Assembly: GCA_963738025.1 (NCBI GenBank) | Contig: CAVTWA010000004.1 | Coordinates: 470,042 to 534,041 of the forward strand | Direction of reading: 5' to 3' | DNA length: 64,000 nucleotides | Source: an uncultured Acidobacteriota bacterium | GTDB lineage: Bacteria; Acidobacteriota; Terriglobia; 20CM-2-55-15 | Shown: positions 8,826-19,221 of the stretch, piece by piece | How positions within the stretch are numbered: the stretch's first letter is position 1 | Layout: every line of letters begins with the position of its first letter | Position numbers and translations under genes: made by a program | Notes under the pieces: generated by a model | What the model was told of the DNA's origin: nothing | The model's input: only the letters and a program-made list of their open reading frames with translations | Databases searched by the model: none

Positions 8826-9638
8826 TTAGCCAAACTGATAACCTGAAATTCGCAGACCGACGATCGTGCCGTTAAAGGGAACAGTTCCGCGGTCCGCTCC
8901 GGCGGCTCCGGCAATTACCATCAACGGGATCAAATGATCTTCCCGAGGCTGCGCGATCCGCGCCGCAGGCGCGGCGGTCCACTGCGCCAGCCTTTCATTG
9001 CGTTGTTGTTCATCGAGCGTTATCGCTTCACGCAGCCAGCCATCGAACGCTTCGGCGGCAGGGGCGGCCTGAGGCGTGAAAGCTCGCAAGTTATGAAACG
9101 TCATGCCGCTGCCGATGATGAACACGCCTTCATCGCGGAGCGGTGAAAGCGCACGACCGATCGCGATGTGTTCTTTCGCATCGAGTCCCCGTTTCATGGA
9201 CAGCTGAATTGCGGGAACGTCCGCGTCAGGATAGGTCAGCTTCAGCGGCACGAATGTGCCGTGATCGAAGCCACGGTTCGGGTCCTCGGCCGTTTTGAAA
9301 CCTGCCTCGTCGAGCAGTTCGCGCACACGGGCCCCGAGAGCGGGATCCCCAGGCGCCGGCCATGAGATCTTGTACGATTCCGGCGGAAAGCCGTAGTAGT
9401 CGTACAGCATGGGCGGATGCGGGGACGTCATCACGGTGGGAGCCGATTCTTCCCAATGGCCCGATATCACCAGCAGTGCGCGCGGGTTCTTTTTCGGCAC
9501 CGTCCGGATGGAGCGCAAATACTCGGCCAGTCGCTTGAGTTCTCCGGGTTCGCCAAAGGGTGTATCGATGAACGGCCAGGGTCCCCCGCCATGCGGCACA
9601 AAGACGACCGGCATGCGATCAGGATGATGTGTGTGCAT
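8826..9638 (-). CDS. Class III extradiol ring-cleavage dioxygenase (LigB/DODA/YgiD family)
   Basis: HGGGP, ISGHWE, YDYYGFP, RGFDHG and GSGMTFHNL motifs. Confidence 0.9.
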   Translation of the reverse strand: MHTHHPDRMPVVFVPHGGGPWPFIDTPFGEPGELKRLAEYLRSIRTVPKKNPRALLVISGHWEESAPTVMTSPHPPMLYDYYGFPPESYKISWPAPGDPALGARVRELLDEAGFKTAEDPNRGFDHGTFVPLKLTYPDADVPAIQLSMKRGLDAKEHIAIGRALSPLRDEGVFIIGSGMTFHNLRAFTPQAAPAAEAFDGWLREAITLDEQQRNERLAQWTAAPAARIAQPREDHLIPLMVIAGAAGADRGTVPFNGTIVGLRISGYQFG

Positions 9639-9676
9639 ACAGCAAGCTTATTACGGATCTTTCGAGCAGTTGTGTT

Positions 9677-9752
9677 GGGATTCGGAGTCGGGGAGTGGGG
9701 GTGGAGGTTTGGGGGTTTGGGGGTTTGGGGATTGGGGGATTGGGGGATTGGG
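9677..9752 (+). repeat. G-rich 7-8-bp tandem array (TTTGGGGG/ATTGGGGG), potential G-quadruplex
   Basis: Nine runs of 3-5 G within 76 bp. Confidence 0.8.
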
Positions 9753-9758
9753 ATTTTA

Positions 9759-10035
9759 GTCCCCGCCTAAGTTAGGCGGGGTGCCTTCGCGCAGCGAAGG
9801 CGGGGCGGTCTGTTCAAAGACCGCGCGCAGCGCGCACCTTATAGATGACCGCGAAGCGCTCCTTATTAATCGGTACTGTTCGTCTTTGAACAGACCGCCC
9901 CAGCCCTCGCTTCGCGAGGGCATCCCCGCCTTACTAAGGCGGGGAATACTTTGCGCTCATTCGAATGCAGACGGGGATTTCGCCGTCTCACGGTCCGGCG
10001 CTAATCCATTCACAGCCTCACAGACCGCGCCTACA
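9759..10035 (+). mobile_element. Composite palindromic element: cruciform core (9759-9945) plus REP end
   Basis: About 70-bp inverted arms (CCCCGCCTAAGTTAGGCGGGG-TGCCTTCGCGCAGCGAAGGC-GGGGCGGTCTGTTCAAAG), also found at 20259 and 35775; ends in gaccgcgcctaca. Confidence 0.75.
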
Positions 10036-10041
10036 ATTTCA

Positions 10042-11184
10042 CTACTCCACCAGATCCAGAAACTGCCAGCGCTTTCCCGAGGCGAGGCCCGCCAGTTCCC
10101 GGCCGGTTGCACGAATGACGCCGGGGGCGGACGTGATGTGTTGCGTGCCGGCGTGCATATCGCGAAACAGGCGTTGAAGGGCGCCGGCGCGCAGAGCAAC
10201 AGTGCCGGCAGTTTTGTAAACGAATGCGGCGACCTCTTGTGCGGACCAGGTGGCATTGGACAGGGCAAGGCGGACCAGCGTGTGTTGCCGCATCGAAACC
10301 TTGTCTCCGCGATTAAGCGTTTCCGCGATATCCCCCCAGGTTTCGTAAATAAATGCCCGGGCGGCTCGATAACCAGCCTCGGCATTGGCATAGCCTTCCT
10401 GAAAGGCATCGCTGTCCCCGATGGATCCCGCACGACCGACTTTGGACCGGACGATCGCCGACAGTTCATCCAGCATCCGGCGCGCTATCCCGCATGCCCA
10501 GCCGGAATGACACATCAGAGCAAAGCCGATGATCCCGATCGTGTACAGCGAACCGCCACGTTTCGGCGTTTCCGTAACCGCAAAATGCGTATAGGCCTCG
10601 GGGACGAACGCGTTTTCGATCGTGTAATCGATGCTGCCCGTCGCCCGCAGACCCATGACATCCCAGTTATCGACGAGGCGGACCTTGCCGACCGGAAGGA
10701 CAAAGATGCGCGGTTCACCGGTTGTCTCGATAATGCCAAGCGTGTGGATATGAGTACCGTGTTTGATGCCGGAGGCGAAACTCCAGGAGCCGGTAAGCCG
10801 GAACCCTCCGTCGCATGGCACCGCCTTGCCCGGTCGGGTTCCCTGGCCGGCGATGACCGGAAGACGCTCGCCGTCGAATAACTCCCGTACCGCGGCGTCC
10901 TCCAGGTACGCCGCACCCGTACCGATGGCGAGAGCTGCCGCCATCAATACCCAGCCGGCAGACGGATCGCCATATGAAACATTCTCGAGCACTTTGAGGG
11001 ATGAAACCGGATCCAGTTCGTGCCCTCTAGGGACGGAGCGCGGAACCCACATGCCGAGGAGTCCCTCACGGTGGAGAGCCTCAACTACCGGATCGGCCAA
11101 TTGTCCATGTTTGTCGCCATAATCCGCGTGAATATCGGCGACATGCGCGACGTTTTTTGCGCGCTCAATGAGTTCGTTTGTCAT
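10042..11184 (-). CDS. Acyl-CoA dehydrogenase-superfamily flavin-dependent monooxygenase (HsaA/C2-like)
   Basis: GSWSFASG, WDVMGLRATGS and LQRLFRDMHAGTQH motifs. Confidence 0.85.
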   Translation of the reverse strand: MTNELIERAKNVAHVADIHADYGDKHGQLADPVVEALHREGLLGMWVPRSVPRGHELDPVSSLKVLENVSYGDPSAGWVLMAAALAIGTGAAYLEDAAVRELFDGERLPVIAGQGTRPGKAVPCDGGFRLTGSWSFASGIKHGTHIHTLGIIETTGEPRIFVLPVGKVRLVDNWDVMGLRATGSIDYTIENAFVPEAYTHFAVTETPKRGGSLYTIGIIGFALMCHSGWACGIARRMLDELSAIVRSKVGRAGSIGDSDAFQEGYANAEAGYRAARAFIYETWGDIAETLNRGDKVSMRQHTLVRLALSNATWSAQEVAAFVYKTAGTVALRAGALQRLFRDMHAGTQHITSAPGVIRATGRELAGLASGKRWQFLDLVE

Positions 11185-11241
11185 ACGCCGGGAACCGTAA
11201 CATATCCGGCCGACAGCTTGCATGCAGAAACCGAAATTGCC

Positions 11242-11270
11242 TTGACATCACAGTACTTAAGTCATACCTT
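11242..11270 (+). promoter_or_regulatory. Sigma-70-type promoter candidate for the TonB-dependent receptor
   Basis: TTGACA, 17-bp spacer, TACCTT. Confidence 0.6.
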
Positions 11271-11301
11271 CACACCAACTTTTGCGGTGCAGTTTTAACA
11301 A

Positions 11302-11368
11302 GAACGCGGGCTGAAACCCGCGGCTACGGCCAGCGTCAGGATGTAGTCGCGGGCTTCAGCCCGCGTTC
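11302..11368. repeat. Inverted pair of GTAG-type REPs (REPIN-like doublet)
   Basis: gaacgcgggctgaaacccgcggctac ... gtagtcgcgggcttcagcccgcgttc. Confidence 0.8.
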
Positions 11369-11386
11369 CTCGATAGAGGGGGACCT

Positions 11387-14300
11387 GTGAGGAGATGCTC
11401 ATTTTTTGCAGCGCTGCTGCTATGCGTCTGTTTCTCTGTACCAACGTTTGCGCAATCCACCTATGCAACAGTGAGTGGAACCGTTGAAGATGCCAGCCGC
11501 GCGTTACTTCCCGGAGTAAGTGTAACGGCGACGAATAATGCAACCGGCGTGGTTTCCAACGTCGTTACCAATGAGTCGGGCGCGTACAACATGACCACCC
11601 TGCTGCCCGGCACATATACGGTTAAGGCCGAGTTGCCTGGATTTCAAACCAAGACGTTTACAGACGTCGAACTTGGGAATGCCGCAAAAGTCCGGTTGAA
11701 CTTTTCGCTACAGGTTGCAGGGCAATCACAATCTGTGGAAGTCACAGTGGCCGCGGATACATTGCTGGCTGCCTCGAGTTCTTCAATCGGCGAAGTTTTG
11801 TCGCAAAAGAAGGTGGAAGACCTGCCGATTGTCGGAAACAATGTTCTCAGTTTCTTTACCTTAATGCCCGGCGTGCGTATGAATGATGACGGCGTGACCG
11901 GAACCTTCGCCGGGCTTTCGGCGGATAAAATCAACGTCCAGCGAGATGGCATCGATGCCAGTGCTTCCGCCCGTTACGTGCAGGCCGGAGCGCAGACCGC
12001 CACATTCGTGAATCCCGATCTCGTCGGAGAGATTCGCATCATTATGGCGCCCGTCGATGCGGAACTTGGGCGAGGTAATGGTCAAGTTCAATTTCTGACT
12101 CGTTCGGGAACCAACCAGATTCGAGGAGTGGAGTATGGTATGCCCGAAATAGCGGGCTGGACGCAAATAACTGGCTCAACAACAGAGCAGTCGATCCCAA
12201 AACGGGTGCCTGGAAACCCACAAAGCCGGATTGGAATAATACACACGAATTCACGGGGAATGTCGGCGGTCCCCTCATCAAGAGCAAGACTTTCTTTTTT
12301 ACACTCTTCGACGACGTTCTGGTCCGCGCTCGTACCCTTCAAAATCCTATCGTTCTGACTCCATGTGCAAGGAATGGAATTTTCCGATACTTTGATGGTT
12401 GGAACAACGGGAACGCGATCGCTCCTGTTCAACCGACGGGCGGGACACCGACCATTCCTGTAGTGGACGGACTAGGCAATCCACTCACGCCCGCAACGAA
12501 CCCCAACGGTGCGCCGTTCAGCGGCAGCCTCCGTTATGCGAGCGTCTTTGGCAAACTCCCGGCCGCTATGCCTGCGGCGAACTCGGATTGTTCCAACCTT
12601 GCCGCTCTCGTACAGTCCGGCACGAACTGGGATACCTACCGCAAGGGTTTGGATTCGACTGGATACGTCACCAAACTGATGGGCAAGATGCCGACGCCAA
12701 ACAACTACGAAGTCGGTGATGGACTGAACACTGCAGGATATAAATGGACTCGCAACGAGAACAACGGCACAGAGAACATTTTCGGATACAACGGGAACCT
12801 TGCTCGAAAACAGATAAACCTGAAGGTCGATCATAACTTTGACGCGCGAAACAAGCTAGGTGTGGCTTACACCTATGAGCAATCCAGCGGCAATGCCAAC
12901 TACGCAACCTGGCCTGGAGGTTTCCAGGGCGAAGTTTTCCGGAAACCCCAGACGCTGTCCGCCAATTTTGTTTCGACCATCACACCGACGCTCGTGAATG
13001 AAGCACGCATGGGCATGCGCCGCACCGGTTCAAACACCTATAACGCGCTGAACATTCCAGGAAGCAGTGGTAAGGACGCCCAGGCGTTTCTTCCGAATTA
13101 CTCAGGCTACCCGGTAATGTTAGCGCTGGGAGCGGGAGCAACGAATTTCCAGGCGAATCAGATTATCGGCGGCGGGAGCACCAGTTCGTACCTGGACACG
13201 ACTGTGCTGTGGACGCTTGGCGATTCATTGAGTTTGACGAAAGGCAAACACGCGTTCAAGATCGGCGGCGAAATTCGGAGAGGACACTCGCTCGGATTTG
13301 ACGCAGGGATCGCCCCCACAACCATTCCACGAGCCACCGGCGGCGAAACCGGACTGGCGTCTATCTCTGCGACGGCCATCAGCAGCACAAATATGACTGG
13401 ACTGGCCGGCACTAGCGCAAGTGGCAATAACGCTTCCATGCGAAACCTTCTGGACTTTCTCGCTGGCTCTCTCGCTAGCGTCACGCAACTCCAATTCATG
13501 GAGAGTCCCACGAAACTTTCGGGGTATGAAGACTACAAGACCTTCCCCTGGAGGACTCGAGACTTCCATGGCAATGAAGGAAGTATCTTCTTCAAGGACG
13601 ACTATAAAGTGCGGAGCACTCTCACGCTGAACTTGGGATTACGCTGGGACTACTATGGTGTCCCGTATGAAACTCATGGCTTGATGCCGGCCACGGTCGG
13701 TGGCCCCGGAGCAATCTGGGGCGTATCGGGCTCGGGGTTTTCGGATTGGATGAAGCCCGGCATTCGCGGTTCAAACACATCCATCGCTTATTTCGGCAAA
13801 GGTTCGCCGAATTCCGGCACGCCATGGTACGAGAATGATTACAACAATTTTGGTCCCGCTGTCGGTTTTGCATGGCAGGTTCCCTGGTTTGGAATGGGCA
13901 AGACTACAATTCGGGGAGGCTACCAGATCACATATCAAATCGGACAATCGGGGAATAACATATTCCAGGAAAATGCCGTTCCCGGCAGCACGAACAATAT
14001 CACTTATGCGGGAGATAGTCTCAATCCCTACATCGACCTGACAAGTGTGTCGTCCCTGGTCCCTGTGCCGACAACGCAGCTGCCGATGCAACCAGTCCCC
14101 ACCACAGATCGTTCACAGCAGGTGTACAACCCGGAAAAGGGCATCGTGACGCCGTACACACAGAATCTGACATTGGCAATAACACGAAGCCTCAGCTCCA
14201 ATTTGACCCTTGATGTACGTTACGTGGGCACACTATCTCGAAAGCAATGGAATCCGGTGTTGAACATCAATATACCGAATTTCCTTTATAACGGGTTGAA

Positions 14301-15561
14301 GGATGCATTCGATGCCGTACGTGCCGGCGATGATCTCAATCCTAAGGCGCAAGTTCTGGAAAGCATGTTCAAAGGAATCAATATCGCCGGAACTGGATTC
14401 GGGCCAGTCGGTACAACGGTCAATGGGGTTCTGCAGACGGCCGGTTTGCACTTGCGAAACTCGACAGCGTCCTGCGGAGTCGGCTGCACCATCCAATCTG
14501 CACTTGCTAACGGTACTTATTCTTCTCTTGCGAGCGCGCTCAATACCCTGAACTACAGCAGCCAATTTAACCCTACGCTGCCGGTAATTCCAGCTGGTGT
14601 GAACGGCGGTGTCATGAGAGTCAACGGATTCCCTGAAAACTTCATCGTCGCAAACCCACAATTTGGCAACGTCAACATCATTACCAACGACTTCAGTACG
14701 AACTATCACTCCCTTGAAGCGCAGGTGACCATGCGCCCGACCCAAGGCGTGACCATGCAGTCGACATACACATGGAGCAAGAACTTTGGCGTCGGCGGAC
14801 CATTCGGACTCGGCCCCACCTACACAAACCCAGTCAACCGGCACGCGGATTACTCTCTACAAACGGACACTCGAGTTCACGATTTCCGGACGAACGGAAC
14901 GTTTGCGCTTCCAATCGGACCAAACAAAGCATTCCTGGGCAAGACGTCGGGCACGTTGGCGCGGGTAATTGAAGGTTGGCAAACCGGGTGGGTCGTCAAT
15001 GTGAACACAGGAGCACCGACGACAATTACGGCCAACAATTCGCTGTATGCCAACGGCAGGCCTGACGTCGTCGGTCCATTCCCCGTCAAAGATGCCCATG
15101 TGACATTCGCAGGAACAGGGGCGGCCACCGGCTCTTACTGGAAACCGGGGACGTTCGGAACGGTGAAGGACCCTCAATGCTTAAACTCAGCGGTGGTGGC
15201 TCCGGGTCTCCAGTCCGCGTGTACGCTCAATGCAATTACCGACGCGAAAACAGGTCAAGTTCTGATTCAGAACGCCCTGCCCGGAGCGGTCCCGACGATG
15301 GGTCTCGGCTCAATTATCGGACCCGGCCGATGGCGTTTTGACGCCAACCTGAGTAAGGCGATTCGGTTATCTGAATCGAAAGGTCTGCAGTTCAGGCTCG
15401 ACGCTTCAGACATCTTGAACCATCCCGAGCCGAACGCTCCAACACTCAATATAACGGGCGCGAACGCCGCTAATTTCGGCCTGATGACGACAAGTGGAAC
15501 AACAGGAGCAAAGACGAACCTACACCGCATGCTTCAGGCGCAGTTGCGGTTTAGTTTCTAG
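11387..15561 (+). CDS. TonB-dependent receptor (Oar-like, N-terminal carboxypeptidase-regulatory-like domain); -1 frameshift near 12126
   Basis: Signal peptide, then SGTVED...TNESGAY...PGTYTVKAELPGF and TRSGTN. The shifted frame gives SGVWYARNSGLDANNW and joins the 12463-15561 ORF, which has TLNLGLRWDY, DYNNFGPAVGFAW and C-terminal QAQLRFSF. Confidence 0.88.
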
Positions 15562-15569
15562 GGGGAGGG

Positions 15570-15634
15570 ATAAGCCACGAATTGAACGAATTAAACGAAT
15601 TGAATTCGTTAAATTCGTTCAATTCGTGGCTTAT
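15570..15634. repeat. Family-1 palindromic repeat
   Basis: ataagccacgaattgaacgaattaaacgaatt...aattcgttaaattcgttcaattcgtggcttat. Confidence 0.9.
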
Positions 15635-15643
15635 TTCGTTTTT

Positions 15644-16444
15644 ATGAACCGACGAGAGATTATTGGACTTTTCGGGTTAGCCCTTGCCGCCCGATATCAA
15701 TCGGCAGAGCCCGATTATCTTGGACTCGATCACATCGAGTTCTACGTCTCGAATGTCGAAAAATCGCGGGACTTTTTTGTCCGGCTTTTCGGCAACAGCC
15801 TGAAAAATCGTAACGGCAAACGCTACCTCAAACTCGGTTCAACGTACATGGCGTTTGAAGCGCCGCGCGGCAATGGGGGACAGATTCGGGTGGACCACTT
15901 CTCGGTATCTGTCAAAGGGCTGGAGATGCCGAAGCTGCATGCCTTTCTGGAGCAGCGCGGTGTGATGTTCCAGGATTATCCGAGCGGGCGCGACACCGGC
16001 ATTACCGATGCCGATGGGATCCGCACACAGCTTTCGCCTGAGGATGGATGGAGTTTCCTGAACACTCCGAATTTTCCGGCGGAAGACGTTTTGCTGCAGG
16101 ACGAAGCGATCTTTCGTCCCATCGCGCTGGACCATGTTCTTCTGAATGTCGCGGATCCAGACCAATCCGCCGCCTTTTACAGCCGGTTTCTCGGCCCCAT
16201 GGTCGAGCGCGGAAACGGCAGAATCTGGTTTCGGGCAGGAGCGTCCCGGATCGGGCTCATCCAGACGCCGGCCGGCGAGCGCGCTGGAGTTCATCACTTT
16301 TGCATTTCGGCCGCAACCTTCGATTACAATAATGCCGTCCGTAAGCTGCAGCAGTCCGGCACCGCCGTTGAGGCTGCTGAAATTCCTGGAGTGGTTCAGT
16401 TCCACGATCCGGATGGCTTGCGGATTCAGGTCCGATCCGCATAA
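15644..16444 (+). CDS. Two-domain VOC/glyoxalase-family protein with a possible Tat signal
   Basis: MNRREII N-terminus; LDHIEF, VDHFSV, LDHVLL, VHHFCI and DPDG motifs. Confidence 0.8.
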   Translation: MNRREIIGLFGLALAARYQSAEPDYLGLDHIEFYVSNVEKSRDFFVRLFGNSLKNRNGKRYLKLGSTYMAFEAPRGNGGQIRVDHFSVSVKGLEMPKLHAFLEQRGVMFQDYPSGRDTGITDADGIRTQLSPEDGWSFLNTPNFPAEDVLLQDEAIFRPIALDHVLLNVADPDQSAAFYSRFLGPMVERGNGRIWFRAGASRIGLIQTPAGERAGVHHFCISAATFDYNNAVRKLQQSGTAVEAAEIPGVVQFHDPDGLRIQVRSA

Positions 16445-16470
16445 TCTGCGGTCTGAAAAGGAAGTGCAAT

Positions 16471-16719
16471 ATGCCCATCTATGAATATGAATGCCGGAAA
16501 TGCGGGCACCACTTCGAATATCTCGTTTTGCCCGTATCGCCTACGCCGCAATGCCCGAAGTGCCAGAGCGAAAAGCTCAATAAGCAGGTTTCCTTATGCG
16601 CCGTCAGTTCCGAATCGACGCAGCAGTCGCATTTAAAATCGGCGAGGAAGGCCGCCACCAAAGTAAACAAGGACAAGCAGTACGAGGAACATAAGGCGAT
16701 ACACGATCACCACGACTAA
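16471..16719 (+). CDS. FmdB-family zinc-ribbon protein
   Basis: MPIYEYECRKCGHHFE and CPKC; His-rich C-terminus. Confidence 0.9.
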   Translation: MPIYEYECRKCGHHFEYLVLPVSPTPQCPKCQSEKLNKQVSLCAVSSESTQQSHLKSARKAATKVNKDKQYEEHKAIHDHHD

Positions 16720-16721
16720 CG

Positions 16722-16779
16722 GGTAGTGATAAGCCACAGATGGTAATTCGTCCCGAATTACCATCCGTGTATCACTACC
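16722..16779. repeat. Hybrid palindrome: family-1 arms around a family-4 core fragment
   Basis: ggtagtgataagccacagat-ggtaattcgtcccgaattacc-atccgtgtatcactacc, between convergent genes. Confidence 0.7.
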
Positions 16780-17389
16780 AGCGGATTCCGGTCAGATCGA
16801 TCGGTCCCTGGATCTGAAAGCTGAGCACTTTGTCGTTGCCGGGTTCGCTGTTTGCTCCGGCTGCCATACCCCCAAGTGCAGTGGCGCCGACGTCCGGACT
16901 GGTGTGAATAGAAGCGCTGCCAGCAGCGCCGACAGCGCCGCCGATCAGCCCACCTGCCGCCCGTGACATCAGGTCCAGGTCGGAGAGACGATCGAGGCGG
17001 GCAGTAATCGGAGCGGTGCGAACGGGTACGTCGCGATCTTTGAAAAGGAACTCATTCAGCTGCACCGTGACGGCCGCGGCTTGCGGGTGGCTTTTATGAA
17101 TGTCCTGGACCTGGACGAGTGCGCGGGTGTTCTCGGGTATCAACAGTTGAGTACCTGAAAAGCAAGCGTCGGCGGTAACCCCTTGAAGATTCTCACCAGA
17201 TCGCGTCTCGGGCGAAATCCCCTGAAGTAACCGGATACGGACCACCGTGCCTGGAGGTACGACCAGACGTCCGGAAGTCCTTTCCTCAGCTGGAAACGAG
17301 GAAGCATGGATCGATCTGACGATGTGGACGGAAAGGAAAATCGCGATCGCCGGTCCAAAGATATAGATCAGCATCAGTACCCGCTTCAT
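16775..17389 (-). CDS. Hypothetical membrane-anchored protein (TrbI/VirB10-like beta domain, glycine-zipper segment)
   Basis: N-terminal TM segment, VVPPGTVVRIRL and AAGGLIGGAVG. Confidence 0.6.
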   Translation of the reverse strand: MKRVLMLIYIFGPAIAIFLSVHIVRSIHASSFPAEERTSGRLVVPPGTVVRIRLLQGISPETRSGENLQGVTADACFSGTQLLIPENTRALVQVQDIHKSHPQAAAVTVQLNEFLFKDRDVPVRTAPITARLDRLSDLDLMSRAAGGLIGGAVGAAGSASIHTSPDVGATALGGMAAGANSEPGNDKVLSFQIQGPIDLTGIRW

Positions 17390-17400
17390 AAAAAGATCCC

Positions 17401-17416
17401 TGCAGCCAGCATGCCA
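17401..17416 (-). promoter_or_regulatory. Sigma-54-like promoter candidate
   Basis: Minus strand TGGCAT-GCTGG-CTGCA, just upstream of the 17389 start. Confidence 0.4.
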
Positions 17417-17477
17417 TTTTGTCGCTCAAACTTTGGTCTTGCCAATTTGGCAAACACATTGAACAATCTGGCGGTTT

Positions 17478-19139
17478 ATGGCAAGCGGTGGACAGGATGA
17501 CCTGAGAGACGAGATAGAAATTCTCAAGCACCGTGTTGCCGAGCTGGAGCGGGCGGAGATGGCTCAGTTCCATCTGGCTGCCCTCGTCGAGTCAGCCGAT
17601 GACGCCATCATCAGCAAAGCCCTCGATGGAACGATCCGAACCTGGAACGAGGGTGCCGAAAAAATCCTCGGATACAGCGCCGCCGAGATGATCGGTAGGT
17701 CCATCTTTACCCTGGTCCCACCGGAACTGCACGACGAAGAGCGCGAAATTTTACGCAAAATCCAGCGGGGAGAACGGATTTCGCACTTCGATACCATACG
17801 CGTCACCAAGTATGGCCGGCACCTGAACGTGTCACTCACCGTCTCGCCAATAAAGGATAGAAGCGGAACGATCATAGGTGCTTCGAAAATTCTGCGGGAC
17901 ATCAGCGAAAGAAAAAGGGCCGAACAGGAGAAGCTGGATGCTCTGAATGAGGCCAGCAAGGCGCGTCATGAGGCGGAAGTCTCCAATCGTATCAAAGATG
18001 AATTCCTCGCAACGATCAGCCACGAGTTGCGCACGCCATTAACCGCCGTCCTCGGCTGGGTCCGGATGATGCGCTCCGGAAAACTGGATATCGAGACGCA
18101 GCTGAGGGCTCTTGAAGTCATCGACCGGAATGTCCGTTCGCAGGCGCAACTGATCGAAGATCTCCTCGATATTTCTCGCATCACGGCGGGCAAACTTCGA
18201 CTCGATGTGCGGCCGGTCCAGCCTGCAGCTATTATTACGGCGGCAGTGGAATCGCTGCGCTTTGCGGCAGATGCGCGCCAGATCCGCCTCCAGACGGTAC
18301 TGGACTTCAACGCCGGCCCGATCGCCGGCGATTTTGAGCGCCTTCAGCAAGTGCTCTGGAATCTTTTATCCAACGCGATCAAGTTCACGCCCAAGGGGGG
18401 CCGCGTTCAGATTGTTCTGGAACGGGTGAATTCGCATATCGAAGTACGTGTAACGGATACGGGGCAGGGGCTGAAGCCCGACTTTTTGCCTTACATCTTC
18501 GATCGTTTCACGCAAGGCGAAGCCGTTACGACTCGCACTCATGGTGGGCTGGGTATGGGGCTGGCGATTACCAAGGCAATCATGGAACTTCACGGCGGAA
18601 CGATCTCGGCAACGAGTGAAGGTGAAGGAAAGGGCGCAACGTTCCGTTTGAACCTTCCCTTGATGCCGCTCAGCCGTGAGGTCCCCGAGGAGCGGACCCA
18701 CCCGCAAGCCGGCTGGAGCGAAATTTCATTGGAATGTCCCCCTGAAGTTGCCGGTCTGAAGATACTCGCGGTCGATGACGATGCCGACACGTGCGACATG
18801 ATCCGCGCCGCCCTCGAACAGTGCGGTGTTCAGGTCGAAACCGCGACCTCCGCCGAAGCAGGGTTCGAGGCCTATCGTTCGTTCCAACCGGATGTACTGA
18901 TATCGGATGTGGGAATGCCAGACGTGGATGGCTATGAATTTATCCGCCGGATTCGGGAGTTCGAACGTCCTCTGCAACGGAAGGTTCCGGCGGTTGCTCT
19001 CACTGCATTCGCACGCATCGAAGACCGTGTCAAATCGCTTGCCGCCGGGTATCAAATGCACGTCGCGAAGCCGGTTGAACCTGGGGAACTCCTCACCATC
19101 GTTGCCAGCCTCTCCGGCTTTATCGATCGTCGATTGTAG
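17478..19139 (+). CDS. PAS-domain hybrid sensor histidine kinase/response regulator
   Basis: PAS (DDAIISKALDGTIRTWN), H-box SHELRTPL, N-box NLLSNAIKFT, G-boxes, and receiver domain (VDDD, SDVGMP). Confidence 0.95.
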   Translation: MASGGQDDLRDEIEILKHRVAELERAEMAQFHLAALVESADDAIISKALDGTIRTWNEGAEKILGYSAAEMIGRSIFTLVPPELHDEEREILRKIQRGERISHFDTIRVTKYGRHLNVSLTVSPIKDRSGTIIGASKILRDISERKRAEQEKLDALNEASKARHEAEVSNRIKDEFLATISHELRTPLTAVLGWVRMMRSGKLDIETQLRALEVIDRNVRSQAQLIEDLLDISRITAGKLRLDVRPVQPAAIITAAVESLRFAADARQIRLQTVLDFNAGPIAGDFERLQQVLWNLLSNAIKFTPKGGRVQIVLERVNSHIEVRVTDTGQGLKPDFLPYIFDRFTQGEAVTTRTHGGLGMGLAITKAIMELHGGTISATSEGEGKGATFRLNLPLMPLSREVPEERTHPQAGWSEISLECPPEVAGLKILAVDDDADTCDMIRAALEQCGVQVETATSAEAGFEAYRSFQPDVLISDVGMPDVDGYEFIRRIREFERPLQRKVPAVALTAFARIEDRVKSLAAGYQMHVAKPVEPGELLTIVASLSGFIDRRL

Positions 19140-19146
19140 AGCCGGA

Positions 19147-19210
19147 ATAAGCCACGAATTGAACGAATTTAACGAATTAATTCGTTAAATTCGTTCAATT
19201 CGTGGCTTAT
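19147..19210. repeat. Family-1 palindromic repeat; perfect 64-bp palindrome
   Basis: ataagccacgaattgaacgaatttaacgaatt|aattcgttaaattcgttcaattcgtggcttat. Confidence 0.95.
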
Positions 19211-19221
19211 CTTATTCCTCC

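Noticed and set aside
9781-10881. 366-aa ORF starting MPSRSEGGAVCSK, and similar starts at 35957(-) and in 35689-35994, as a possible transposase
   Set aside because: The shared peptide is just the translated repeat arm; the rest is antisense to real genes, with no HUH or DDE motifs.
12120-12130. Programmed frameshifting or phase variation at the frameshift sites
   Set aside because: No slippery heptamer or long homopolymer at any site; the longest run is four bases.
15494-15643. N-terminal extensions through family-1 repeats (also 6263, 26221, 53211-53303)
   Set aside because: Better starts lie downstream of the repeat in each case, unlike at 23539 where sequence on both sides joins sensibly.
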